A stretch of 63,994 bases of DNA, filler included, from Fonticula-like sp. SCN 57-25 (lineage: Eukaryota), in NCBI GenBank assembly GCA_001724245.1. It is 4 parts of 4 records of this genome, joined end to end, with 100 filler letters (N's around TTAATTAATTAA, not from the genome) between each part and the next. Parts side by side here need not be neighbours in the genome. Positions count along the whole stretch, not along the records: positions 36,515 to 53,087 come from MEDX01000121.1; positions 53,188 to 63,994 come from MEDX01000215.1; 2 more parts are not named here. One strand, given 5' to 3'. Below, piece by piece: positions 47,374 to 58,272 of this stretch. Position numbers and translations under genes: made by a program. How positions within the stretch are numbered: position 1 is the stretch's first letter; every line of letters starts with the position of its first letter. Under the pieces are notes generated by a model that was given only the letters and a program-made list of their open reading frames with translations, was not told where the DNA came from and did no database searches.

Positions 47374-50121
47374 TCAGCTGCCCAGGGGAGCGGGGGAGGG
47401 GCGCCGGTAGCGGTAGGACAATACGAGCTCGCCGCTATTGCGCCACAAACAGTTCTTTATCGTGCCGAGGTTGGTATCGGGCGCGAGCGCCTTGTCGTTG
47501 CACAGCAGTTCCACGCGCGCCTCCCGCGCAGCGTCCAATCCGAGCCGCTCCGACAGAAACTTTATAATCTTTTTCGTGCGCAGAATGCGGTTCGCGTTCA
47601 GGCGGCGGCTGGCGGCGGGCAGCGCGGGGATCTCCTTCTCGTCCTCGGACTTTAGCGTGAACGCAATCTTGCCGGCGTCCTTTTTGGCGTACCGATCCTA
47701 GAAAAATGCGCACAGGCGTCAGACACACAGAGAAACATTTATATAAAAAAAAGCGGCAGCGCACCTTGAGCACACAGTCGAATATCCAGATTGGAGCGAC
47801 TTCCTCGAGCCGCTGCGCGTGCAAGGCGAGGTTGTCCACGCGGCTGCGCAGGACGGTCAGGCTCGACCCAAGATTGCCGACCTCTTCAGTAATGACGACG
47901 AGCGTCGACGGCGCAAACTGAAACCGCAGCACAGCGGCGGGTGTCTCTGGCTCGGCGGCCGGCTCCAGCACCGGAGCCTTTGCGGCGCCGCTGGGCGCCG
48001 AGTCGCCGAGCGACCGCAACCGCCCCATAATGCCGCCCCCATTGCTGCCGCTGCTCGCCTTCTTGGCCGGCGCGCCGGCGTCCGCCTTTTTGGCGCGCAA
48101 ATCGTCCGCCGAGGCCGAGGCCGACATGCCGTCCTTGCCGGCCACCGAGTCGACAATGGACTCGTCGTCAGCCGCCGTGGCCTGCGTCGTGCCGCCGTTC
48201 GCAAGCCCAGCAGCATTTCCCTCTTCTATTTTGACCGCGTCAGCAATGGAAACAAAAACTAAAGCAAGTCGCACCCTCGTCGGTGCCGCGGCTGCGCGCG
48301 CGCTCCATACGGCGGTCAAAGTCCTCGCGCCACATCCGGAATAGGTCGCGGATGACGGCGTACCCCAAGTTGATCTGCATGTCGTCGTCCGCCGCCGCCG
48401 CGTCGCCAAAGGGAAGCTCGCTCACAAACATGTCGGCGCCAAAGCACGCCGGGTCGTCCAGGTTGATGGCGAGCGACTGCCGCACAGAGTCAGCATAAGC
48501 AAAACAAACAAGAGCCAACGATGCGTACGCCCGTCTTGACGGACACCGAGAACCAGTTTGGCATCCACACCTGCTCGTTGAGCTCCGCTGTAACATCATC
48601 CACGTGGTCGCGGATGCCGAGGTCGCGCTCAACGACGCCCTAGTACGGGTCAGCAACAAAGTTATGCGGCGGGCAGCGTACATTTAAAATGTCCCACAGC
48701 AGCACGCGGCCGTCGCTGTCGCGCGAAAGAACTTGACGACGATTGCTGAGCGGGACCGCCGTCGTGACGCCCGGCGCGCCCTCAATTGTGTTGTGCGGCG
48801 CGTCCAGCAGCGGCTTGACCGGCGCGGCAAGCACATAGTCCTCAGTGGGGCCAACGTCCACGACGTGCTCGGCGGGCGCGTCGCCGGTCGGGATTGACCA
48901 GCCGTGCAGCGAGGACGACGGCGTGCCGGCCCAGATGGAGCCCGACCGAGTGATGACGAGCTAAAAATTTAAATGAGCATACAAAAAAAGCAACACCGTT
49001 TCAGCGCACAGATTGAATTGAGGCGCTTTCCTTGAACAAAAAGGTCGATTTCAGTTGGCTGCAGTCGGTGCGATACACGGCGCCGTCGCGGCTCCCAGAG
49101 TAAATTGTGTTGAAATCCTGTGCAAAGTGAGCAAAATGAACATATAAAGGCAAACAGCGCGTACGTCAGAGGCGCGGACACACCACACCGAGTCATCGTG
49201 GATGGAAATGGTCGACGTGCAGCGCTGCTGGCCGACGTCCCACAGCTTGAGCGTCGAGTCGGACGACCCCGTCGCGCACTTTGCAAAAGGTTAAGCATAT
49301 CAAAAAAAACATAAATTCTAGCGCACCATCGTCTCGTCGGCGCTGAGCACGATTGACTTTACGTTATCCGTGTGTCCCACCAATTTGGACGTCATCTTGC
49401 CCGTGCGCGGATCCCACAGACGAACCACCTTGTCGGGCGACCCGGTCGCGAGCAGGTTGCCCGGCGCGCTAATCGCCATGCTGTAAATTGATGTCTTGTG
49501 CGCATTCAAAAGCACAACTAGAAAGCATTGTAAGACAAAAGATCATCAGGCGATTTGGCCGCGTACAAAGCGGCTCAGGCATGGTTTCAGAGGCCGACAC
49601 GAGACGCTCCAGATCCCACACGTAAACGCTACGATCCAGGCCAGCCGTCGCAACGAGGTTTGCCGCAGAAGACACGGCCAGCGCCTTTTCAGCAGCGTCA
49701 GCAAAAAGCAAAGATCTATAGAGCGTGCGTGCCTTGACGTAGTCGGCATGCCGGCTGAAGCTGCGCAGGCAGGCGCCCGTGTTGCAGTCCCACACCTTGA
49801 GTGCGAGGTCGCTCGACACAGAAAGCACTACAGGCGATTAGCCAAATGACCCACACATAAAGCGGACGTACTGGTCCTTCCGTCGTTTACAATAGAAATG
49901 TCGTTCACCCAGTCTGTGTGGCTGTCGAACACGAGCCCGGCCGCGCCATCAGGGACGGTCCATGACCGAATCGTGCTGTCGCGGGACCCGCTGTATAACA
50001 AGTCGCGTACTGGATCGTACGCGAGAGCGTTAACGCCTAGCCTGTGCTTTGGCGTCTCCACCTCGCGTCCGAGTATATACGACACGCGGCTCTTTGGCCT
50101 GCGCGGCGTCGCTGCAGCCAT
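47374..50121 (-). CDS. WDR48: WD repeat protein 48 (UAF1), multi-exon
   Basis: [79 protein letters not shown]. Confidence 0.92.
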
Positions 50122-50384
50122 GCCCGTTCGGGGACGCTTGCTTGCGTCAGGCAAACACCTGGAATTATGGCGGGAAAGCCTCCCACAAGCCTGTCACAGC
50201 ACAATGTCGCAGCACTGTCCACACCCATGCCACAGCAAGGTGGCCCGTGGCACCAATCAGCGATTGTTGAAACCGCGTGGTTTTGGTCGTCTATTGCGCC
50301 GCCGACGGGTTTTGGGGGTGTCTTTCACAAGTTTTTCTTTTTTACTTTTTGCTACCCGCGGGTGTTGTGAGCTGAGCCGTCAGA

Positions 50385-51607
50385 ATGACTGGTGTTAACG
50401 AGCGTTTCCTCTTCACGTCCGAGTCGGTCGGTGAGGGCCACCCCGGTGCGTATAGCGGTTTGGCGCGAGCTCGCTGCTGACCCTTCTCTCTTGTTTCTCC
50501 CTCGATATAGACAAGATCTGCGATCAGGTGTCTGACGCGATCGTCGATGCGTGCCTGGCGCAGGACCCCTTTGCCAAGATTGGCTGCGAGACTGCCGCCA
50601 AGACTGGTCTGATCATGGTCCTCGGTGAAATCACCACCAAGGCCATCATTGACTACCAGAGCGTCATCCGCGGTGTCATCAAGCGCATTGGCTACGACAG
50701 CTCGGACAAGGGCTTTGACTACAAGACCTGCAACGTGCTCGTCGCCATCGAGCAGCAGTCGCCCGAGATTGCCCAGGGTGTGCACGTGTCGCGCTCCATT
50801 GAGGACACTGGTGCCGGTGACCAGGGTATCATGTTTGGCTATGCCACTGATGAGACCCCCGAGCTCATGCCGCTGACCATCATGCTGGCCCACCAGCTCA
50901 ACATCAAGATGGCTGAGCTCCGCCGCAATGGCGAGCTCGGCTGGCTCCGCCCCGACTGCAAGTCGCAGGTGACCGTCGAGTACGAGCTCGACAACGGCGC
51001 GTGCATCCCGCTCCGCGTCCACACCGTCGTCATCTCGACGCAGCACGCGCCCGAGATCACGCTCGAGGAGCAGCGCCGCCTCCTCAAGGAGAAGGTCATC
51101 GATGTCGTGATCCCCAAGAAGTACCTTGACGATCAGACCGTGTACCACCTCCAGCAGTCTGGCCAGTTCGTTATTGGTGGCCCTCAGGGTGATGCCGGTG
51201 TCACTGGCCGCAAGATCATTGTCGACACGTACGGCGGCTGGGGTGCCCACGGTGGTGGTGCCTTCTCTGGCAAGGACTGGACCAAGGTCGACCGCTCGGC
51301 CGCGTACACCGCGCGCTGGGTCGCCAAGTCGATCGTCGCCGCTGGCCTCGCCCGCCGCGCCCTCGTCCAGTTCTCGTACGTGATCGGCAAGGCCGCCCCG
51401 CTTTCCGTCTACATCGACACCTACGGCACTGGCAAGAAGTCCAACGCCGAGCTCCTCGAAATTATCAACAACAACTTTGACCTCCGCCCGGGAGCCATGG
51501 TCAAGGAGCTCGACCTCACCAAGCCCATCTACGAAAAGACCGCCGCTTACGGTCACTTTGGCCGCTCCGAGTTCACCTGGGAGCAGCCCAAGGCCCTCAA
51601 GTTTTAA
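50385..51607 (+). CDS. MAT: S-adenosylmethionine synthetase
   Basis: [41 protein letters not shown]; one intron 50446-50510. Confidence 0.97.
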
Positions 51608-51860
51608 GCTGATTTAAACATGAATAAACTCTTTGAATAGAATTTGAAACCTTTGATGTCCATAATGAAGCCATCGCTGCACAACTATAAAGAGAGTTGA
51701 AAGAGATGCAAAAGGCAAGATAAACTTCGAGTACTGTGTACAAGAGCATTTTATTATGAAAGTGAGGGAGAGAAGGAGAATGAATAGCCAAAATGAACAT
51801 GAATTGGGCCGCGTTTCTTGGTCTGTACAACAAGAAAGCCGCCCTCGGAAGCAGACAAAA

Positions 51861-52197
51861 TTACGACGACGCCTTGGGGGCGGCGGCAGCGCGCTCGCCA
51901 TCAATATCCGAAAAGTCGTCCTGCTTGATGGCCATCAACGAGTACACGTCTGCAAGGCACCGCACATTAGAAAAAATACATACGCCAGCGCATCGGGTCA
52001 AAGTGCGTACAGACGCTGCCAGCGAATGCAAAGAGGACGGCGCCGAGCGCCATGTTGCGCCCGCGGAAAGAATCGCGCGCGCGGAGCATCTCCGGCGGCA
52101 TTCCGGAGGACTATACATCATTCAAATAGTGAGCACATACTCGACATGCGAGGAAATGGCGCACGGCAGCGGTCAAAGGTGTGCGCAGGAAGCCCAT
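51861..52197 (-). CDS. COA3: Cytochrome c oxidase assembly factor 3 (Coa3/CCDC56), 3 small exons, not resolved by the ORF track
   Basis: Spliced ..GMPPEMLRARDSFRGRNMALGAVLFAFAGSV/YVYSLMAIKQDDFSDID matches the Coa3 pattern. Confidence 0.75.
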
Positions 52198-52367
52198 CTT
52201 GGTGGAAACGTGACAAATACGGGTAGTGGTGAAATTGTCCCCTCGAACGGGCTATTTACTCGTGAAAAACACGGGGGTGATAAAAATCATCCCCCTTAAA
52301 AGCTGACGGGGACTATGATTGCGCGTGCATTCGGGTGGAAGATCATACAAAAAACATGCAAATATTG

Positions 52368-53087
52368 CTAGCGGCGGTCCCGTTCGCGGTCCCTGTCGCG
52401 GTCGCGATGCGAATCTCTGTCCCTTCCGCGGTCCCTATCGCGATCCCTATAGTCTCTATCGCGGTCCCTATGTTCCCGGTCGCGGTCCCTATAGTCCCGG
52501 TCGCGGTCCCGGTGTTCCCGATCGCGGTCTCTGTGATCGCGGTCGCGCTCCCTAGGCGCCTCCCTGTCCTTTCCGCGCTCCCTTTCGCGGTCGCGGCTTC
52601 CGCTCCCCTTGGCGGCCCTCGTATCGTACATGTCGCTCATATCGCCCTCAAACACCATGGAGTACTTTCCTGCCTGCTTGTCTTCCTTGTACTTGTCCTT
52701 GAGCTGGATGCCCTGGCTCGAGAGCATCTCCTCTCGTCCCTCTGCAGCGCACAGTTAGCCAAGCAAGCACATAATAAAGAGAGCCGCACGTCGCCATTCG
52801 CCGTGCAGCCGTGAGACCGACTGAGAAAAGTCGACGTGGATGCGCCGATCGTCGATGAGGACATTGTCCATCTTGACGTAGGCGGCCTCGCAGTCCTTTT
52901 GGTTCTCAAACTCGATAAACGCAAACTGCAGCGAGTCGCCCGTCTTGCGGTCGCGAATCACCTGCGCGCTGCGAACGGGGCCGAAGCGCGAAAAAATGAT
53001 CTCCAGGTCCTCATCGCGAGTCACGGGGTTGAGCTTGCAGACGAAGAGGACGTTTTCCGGCGGGAGAACGTCTTCGAACGGAAGGTC
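52368..53087 (-). CDS. PPIL4: PPIL4 (cyclophilin-RRM) C-terminal part with RD-repeat tail; 5' truncated
   Basis: [57 protein letters not shown]. Confidence 0.9.
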
Positions 53088-53187
53088 NNNNNNNNNNNNN
53101 NNNNNNNNNNNNNNNNNNNNNNNNNNNNNNNTTAATTAATTAANNNNNNNNNNNNNNNNNNNNNNNNNNNNNNNNNNNNNNNNNNNN
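53088..53187. other. Artificial contig linker
   Basis: Identical 100-nt N/TTAATTAATTAA cassette. Confidence 0.97.
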
Positions 53188-54414
53188 AGGATCAGTTTGC
53201 AACAGTTCAACTTGACCAGTATTAAGACCTACAATAATGTTGCAAGACGCAGCTTGATACGACAATGACGTCACCTGCATAGCAAAATGGATGAGCGATA
53301 TAAATAGACAATGCATGACACACCTCTGCACCATATTTGTATTTTGCAGTTTGCACTCCATCAGAGGTGCGCCAAATAAGGAGGGATTCATCGTTTGACC
53401 CAGTGATCACGTGTGATTCATCGCCGAGAAAGGCGCCGCCACAGACACTACCCGTGTGCCCCTTGAGTGTCACGTGAGGAGTGGATGACCACGTGGCATC
53501 ATATGGAACATTCCAGATGGAAGCAGTACTGTCATCACTTGTGACCAATAGCATGCGGCCAGAGGGACTGAAGCAGAATGAAATGATCTAGGAATAATTA
53601 GTAGTAAGTATAATTATATAGACGATTACAGTATCATACTTGACGAGAATGATACTTGATATCTGATACTTGCGCCCATTTGCCATTGGTCAGTCCAAAA
53701 ATGTACACGTGGCCATCAAAACATCCCGCGGCAAGAATATTCCCATCAGGGGAAAAGGCAACACGCCACACCTAATACTTTCTTGTGAGCAACAGCAATT
53801 ATTAATCATTCAAATACGCACCATAGTAGACAATCCAGTCAATGTTTGAATATCAGCATAGTTGTTGGATGGACTCAAGAATCTCACTGCTTTATCATCT
53901 CCACCGACAGCAAGGATCCCACTGGGACTGAATGCGCATCCAAACAACTAGACAAGGGATGAGCAGAGGAAGAGCGAAAACATGATGCATACAGGCTTGT
54001 TGATCTTGTATACTGTCGAGTGCGCATTGTTGTTTGTGACTTGGACAACACTGCCACCATGTTCATTGGCTGTCACGGCAACAAGACGCGTCCCGTCGGG
54101 CGACCACGCAACATCAGCCACCTTTCACGATGGTCAGAGAAAAAGAGTCTAAAGTGGGCGACAAGGGTGGCAAAAGGCGCGTACATGGCTATCACACTTC
54201 GCAGTGTACACATTTTCCTGCGTGGCAATATTGGTGATGCAGAATGACTTGTCACTACTGCCTGTTGCCACCAAAGTGCCGTCGGGGGAAATCGCACACC
54301 CATACACCTGATAACACAAGCAGCATCAGACCAGCAGCACATCAAAAGCAAAGAAAGACGTACGATACCCGTGTGGGGTTTAATAACCGCCTTCTTGACC
54401 AATTGATGCGCCAT
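53188..54414 (-). CDS. WD40-repeat protein, >=7 exons, 3' truncated
   Basis: Spliced repeats VYGCAISPDG, VADVAWSPDG, LFGCAFSPSG, VWRVAFSPDG, IISFCFSPSG, LKGHTGSVCG, VTSLSY. Confidence 0.85.
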
Positions 54415-55263
54415 TATGACTACCACTCTTTTCTCTTTCTCTTCCTACAACTTCAACTGACTTTACTCACGCACAGCCAACACTCGATTGTCCACTTGCG
54501 CGCACAGCAGACACCAGGCAGACACCAGGTAGAGACAGGCACTTGCAAAGTCGGCCACGTGGTGGTGCAAAGTCGGCCACGTGGTTGTGTAATATATCAC
54601 ATGATAAACATGCATCCGGCCCTTTTAGCGTCACGTGATGTCGCCTCTGTGCAGCAACACCACAAGCCATTGAAGTGAAATATTGGCCATCATTATTGTG
54701 TGATCATGCAACTATCCATAGAGCTTTGAGCCTCGCTGGCAACGAAAGAGTCACGCGCGACAGTCACGATGAACATTTTGCTTGCCCAGGATAGCAAGGA
54801 ACGTTGCAGAGGCCGTATTGGTTGCCACGATTGCGGGACATTAGCATGACCACCCGACGAACTAAGGGATCACATCGAGGCCAAAACACCTCTGCAGCCA
54901 CATGAGTCTGAGGAAAAAAATTTTTAACGACTTGCGGGTAAAGCGGCCCATTTTTTCATGTCATCTCTTCATCTAATCCTGTTCTATGGCCCTATCATGG
55001 GCATGTTGTACGGTCACCGAAAGTGACTTATACGTTACCTTCACGACCGCCTTTTGTTATTTTATGCTTCATATTTGTCCATATTATGTATTGTGACCGT
55101 GTTCTTGTTTCCATATTTTCCATAATCATTGTACGTGCACACCCATGATACGATCACCCATGACCCCCATGCGCTCCCAGCGGTCCACTAACAACATCTC
55201 TTACACAATTGTATTAAAATATTTCCGTTTTCCTCTTTCCTAAATACATTCTCTCTTTAAAAA

Positions 55264-55977
55264 TTAGCGGTACATATAGTCAGCCTCGATATTCCTCGCG
55301 ATCTCGGCCTCCCACTTGTCTCCATTGGCGAGCAGCTTTTCCTTATTGTAGAGCAGCTCCTCGTGTGAGTATGTCGAAAACTCTGCGTTGGGCCCCTCGA
55401 CGATGGCGTCGACGGGGCACGCCTCCTGGCAAAAGCCGCAGTAGATGCACTTGGTCATGTCAATGTCGTAGCGGGTGGTCCGGCGGGCGCCATCGGCGCG
55501 CGTCTCGGCCTCGATGGTGATGGCCTGCGCGGGGCAGATGGCCTCGCAGAGCTTGCAGGCGATGCAGCGCTCCTCGCCAGAGGGGTACCGCCGGAGAGCG
55601 TGCTCGCCGCGGAAGCGAGGCGAGAGCGGGCCTTTCTCAAAGGGATACGCGATCGTGTAGCTCGGCTTGAACATGCCCTCGAGCGCGACCCAAAGGCCGC
55701 GGCCAATCTCGGTCATGAAAAGCTCGTACGCATTGCGGTCCATCACGGTTTCGTGCGTGGCGGGGTGAAGAGGATCAACATCCTCGGGGGCGCCATAGGC
55801 ATGAAGGCGATCGCCCTCGGCGCTGGGATCACGAGGGAAACGGAAATTCACATTCGCGAGGGGATCGCTCGAGGGGGTGCCAGAAGTGGGCTTGGGGACG
55901 TGAGCAGAGGCAAGGGCGCGAGAAGAGAGAACGGCGGCGGAGCGGCGCGGCAAAAGGCCACGCAGAGGACCGAGCAT
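55264..55977 (-). CDS. NDUFS8: Complex I Fe-S subunit NDUFS8 (TYKY)
   Basis: [45 protein letters not shown]; Arg-rich presequence. Confidence 0.97.
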   Translation of the reverse strand: MLGPLRGLLPRRSAAVLSSRALASAHVPKPTSGTPSSDPLANVNFRFPRDPSAEGDRLHAYGAPEDVDPLHPATHETVMDRNAYELFMTEIGRGLWVALEGMFKPSYTIAYPFEKGPLSPRFRGEHALRRYPSGEERCIACKLCEAICPAQAITIEAETRADGARRTTRYDIDMTKCIYCGFCQEACPVDAIVEGPNAEFSTYSHEELLYNKEKLLANGDKWEAEIARNIEADYMYR

Positions 55978-56041
55978 CGCAGCAATCGTGGGCACCGGAT
56001 CCCTTATCACCGCACCACCAGGAAGAAAAAGTCGAACCGAA

Positions 56042-56111
56042 AAGTGACGTCACGCGTGACGTCACTTATAATCGGTGACGTCACAGTGTCATTTTGAAAC
56101 AGTGACGTCAC
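56042..56111. promoter_or_regulatory. Bidirectional promoter with four GTGACGTCAC (CRE/ATF-type) sites
   Basis: Copies at 56044, 56056, 56075 and 56102 between divergent NDUFS8 and EXOSC8. Confidence 0.7.
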
Positions 56112-56129
56112 ACAATCCGAGCCATCATC

Positions 56130-57169
56130 ATGGCGGCTGCGACGGCGGCATCGGCTGCGGCATCGGCCGCGGCATCGGGCGTTGTCGACCCCGAGACGTT
56201 CCGCAAGGTGCACCCGCGCGAGTACCTGCGCAAGTTTGTGGCGCAAAAGATCCGTCCCGATGGCCGCTCGCTTCATCAGCCGCGCGAGCCGCATCTCATG
56301 CATGGCGCGATCACGACCGCTGACGGGTCGTGCACGGTGCGCGTCGGCCGCACCATGGTCGTCGCGGGCGTCAAGGTCGAGGTGGCTGAGCCGACGCGCG
56401 CGGCGCCGAGCGACGGCTTTCTCGTCGTCAACGTCGAGATCCCGCCAATGTGCTCGCCCAATGCGAGGCCGGGGCCGCCGAGCGATCTCGCGCAGATTAC
56501 AAGCCAGCGCCTCCAGAATGTCCTCACCACGTGCGCATCATCGCCTCGATCTTTCTTTCCATTTCTGACGCAGGAAAATGTTTAGCGCCAAGGTCGTGAA
56601 GCTGTCGGACCTGTGCATCGCCGAGGGCAAGTGCGTCTACGTACTCCACGTGGACATCGTCTGCTGCCAGCTGGACGGATCTCTTTTTGACGCCGCCCTG
56701 CTCGCTGCCCAGGCCGCTCTCGCCGACCGTACGCACATTTTTGACTTATTTTTGACTCCTTTTTACCGTATTTTAACGTCTTTTTTCTGCTTTTTTCATT
56801 GCTTTTCCGTCCTTCCCGCCACTTTTGCCTTTAGTTTCGCTCTTCGCCGTCATCTACAACCCATCCCGCGGCATCGCCGTGCGCGACGCCACCTCCCCCC
56901 CCCGCCGCCTCTCCCTCACCACGACCGCCGTGGCGCTCTCCTTTGCCGTTTTCGACGATCAGCATCTGCTCGCCGATCCCACCGATGAGGAAGAGATGCA
57001 GGCGAGCGGGCACGTGACGGTCGTCGTTGATGATCGCGCGGCGTTGGTGCATCTTGAAAAGGCGGGCATTTTTCCGCTGGACGCGAGGGCACTGGACGCG
57101 TGCTGCAGGGCGGCGTTGGCGCATCATGCGATGTGCGTGTCGATACTCAGGAAGAGGAACGAAGTCTAA
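56130..57169 (+). CDS. EXOSC8: Exosome subunit RRP43/EXOSC8
   Basis: FRKVHPREYLRKF..RPDGR, ADGSCTVRVGRT, RPGPPSD, LCIAEGK, DGSLFDA, LADPTDEEE. Confidence 0.92.
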
Positions 57170-57669
57170 GTGGGGAGAGAAAAGAATTGTATTTGTAGAT
57201 GTACATAGGGATGAGTGATGTCGCAATAAAAAGTTATAATGAATGACTGTCATAGTAGAACATGTCTTTAGTATAGGAAAATGACTCACTTGAGTGTTCA
57301 TTCTATATGAAAGTCGCTGTTTTACATACTTGAATCTGGATTGGGATGAATCAGGGTGTGTGCAGAGAATCTGATGGTTATGCTAAAGATGTTTCACATG
57401 CTAAATAGTATCAAAAGAGCAGATAAAGTGGCTTATTGTAGACCTAAATCGTTCTTTACATGATCAGTACTGTCTCATGTTGATCAGCATTACTTTTCTC
57501 GTCGATCATCGATCGCCATGATTGCAATCGCCATCATCCCCATGGCATCTTTCTGCTCCACAAACCCCAAAATGACTCGATATTAAAACATGAACGTCAT
57601 TTAATTGAAACAAACGAGTTATTTATGTACAGCATAATTCTCTTCTCTTCTCTTCTTTCCCGCCCATTC

Positions 57670-58200
57670 TCATGCGTCCGTCATGGCGGCATCGACGATT
57701 GGCGGGATGGGATCCGCCACCGGCGTCCCTCCCGTGCGCGCGTTCTCCTCGTCAAAGAGGCCGAGCATGTGCTCGCACACGGCGTGGAGATTGTCCAGGC
57801 CGGCGTACATGCACTCGGTGGCGGAATGGCCGGCGTAGCACTGGATGCGGAGATGGATCTTGTCCTCGGAGGGATGCGGAGCGCTGTAGCCGCAAAAGGA
57901 GACACGAGGGCTATTTAAAGAATAATAAATGGTTAGAAAGGGAAAAAAGACGGAAAAAGAGCCTAAAAATAATAATAAAAGATCGTTTGACGCACTCTTT
58001 CATGATGAGATGGCGAAGGGCATTGCCGAGCGTGTGATCCTCCTGAAGAAGCTCGAATGTCGCCTGCTCGCCATTCGGCGTCAATTGCAACTAGACATAC
58101 CAAATATTAGCCACCTTCATTATTGTTCACACAAAAAAGCACGCACAATCTTGACTTTCGGGCGGATCTCCACATAGTACGGCGTCGTTTCCATGCTCAT
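57670..58200 (-). CDS. POLR1D: RNA polymerase I/III subunit RPAC2 (AC19), 3 exons
   Basis: Spliced ATFELLQEDHTLGNALRHLIMK/PRVSFCGYSAPHPSEDKIHLRIQ. Confidence 0.9.
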
Positions 58201-58227
58201 CTTGGCGGCGGCACGTGGAACTCAATA

Positions 58228-58256
58228 TGATCACGTGACTCACCAAATCACGTGAT
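58228..58256. promoter_or_regulatory. Two TCACGTGA E-boxes in a 72-bp bidirectional promoter (POLR1D/DOT1)
   Basis: TGATCACGTGAC and AATCACGTGATT read directly between the two start codons. Confidence 0.6.
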
Positions 58257-58272
58257 TTAGCGTCGACGTCGA

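Noticed and set aside
28595-50121. USP12/46 and its activator WDR48 in the same window, suggesting a cluster
   Set aside because: They are separated by an artificial linker (36415-36514) and lie on different contigs.
50342-51556. 404-aa antisense ORF over SAM synthetase
   Set aside because: Same codon-bias shadow effect.
51793-52299. 168-aa plus-strand ORF
   Set aside because: The minus strand holds a spliced COA3-like gene that explains the region.
52375-52600. Regular 21-nt repeats resembling a CRISPR array or minisatellite
   Set aside because: They encode the RD-rich tail of PPIL4; no unique spacers and no cas genes.
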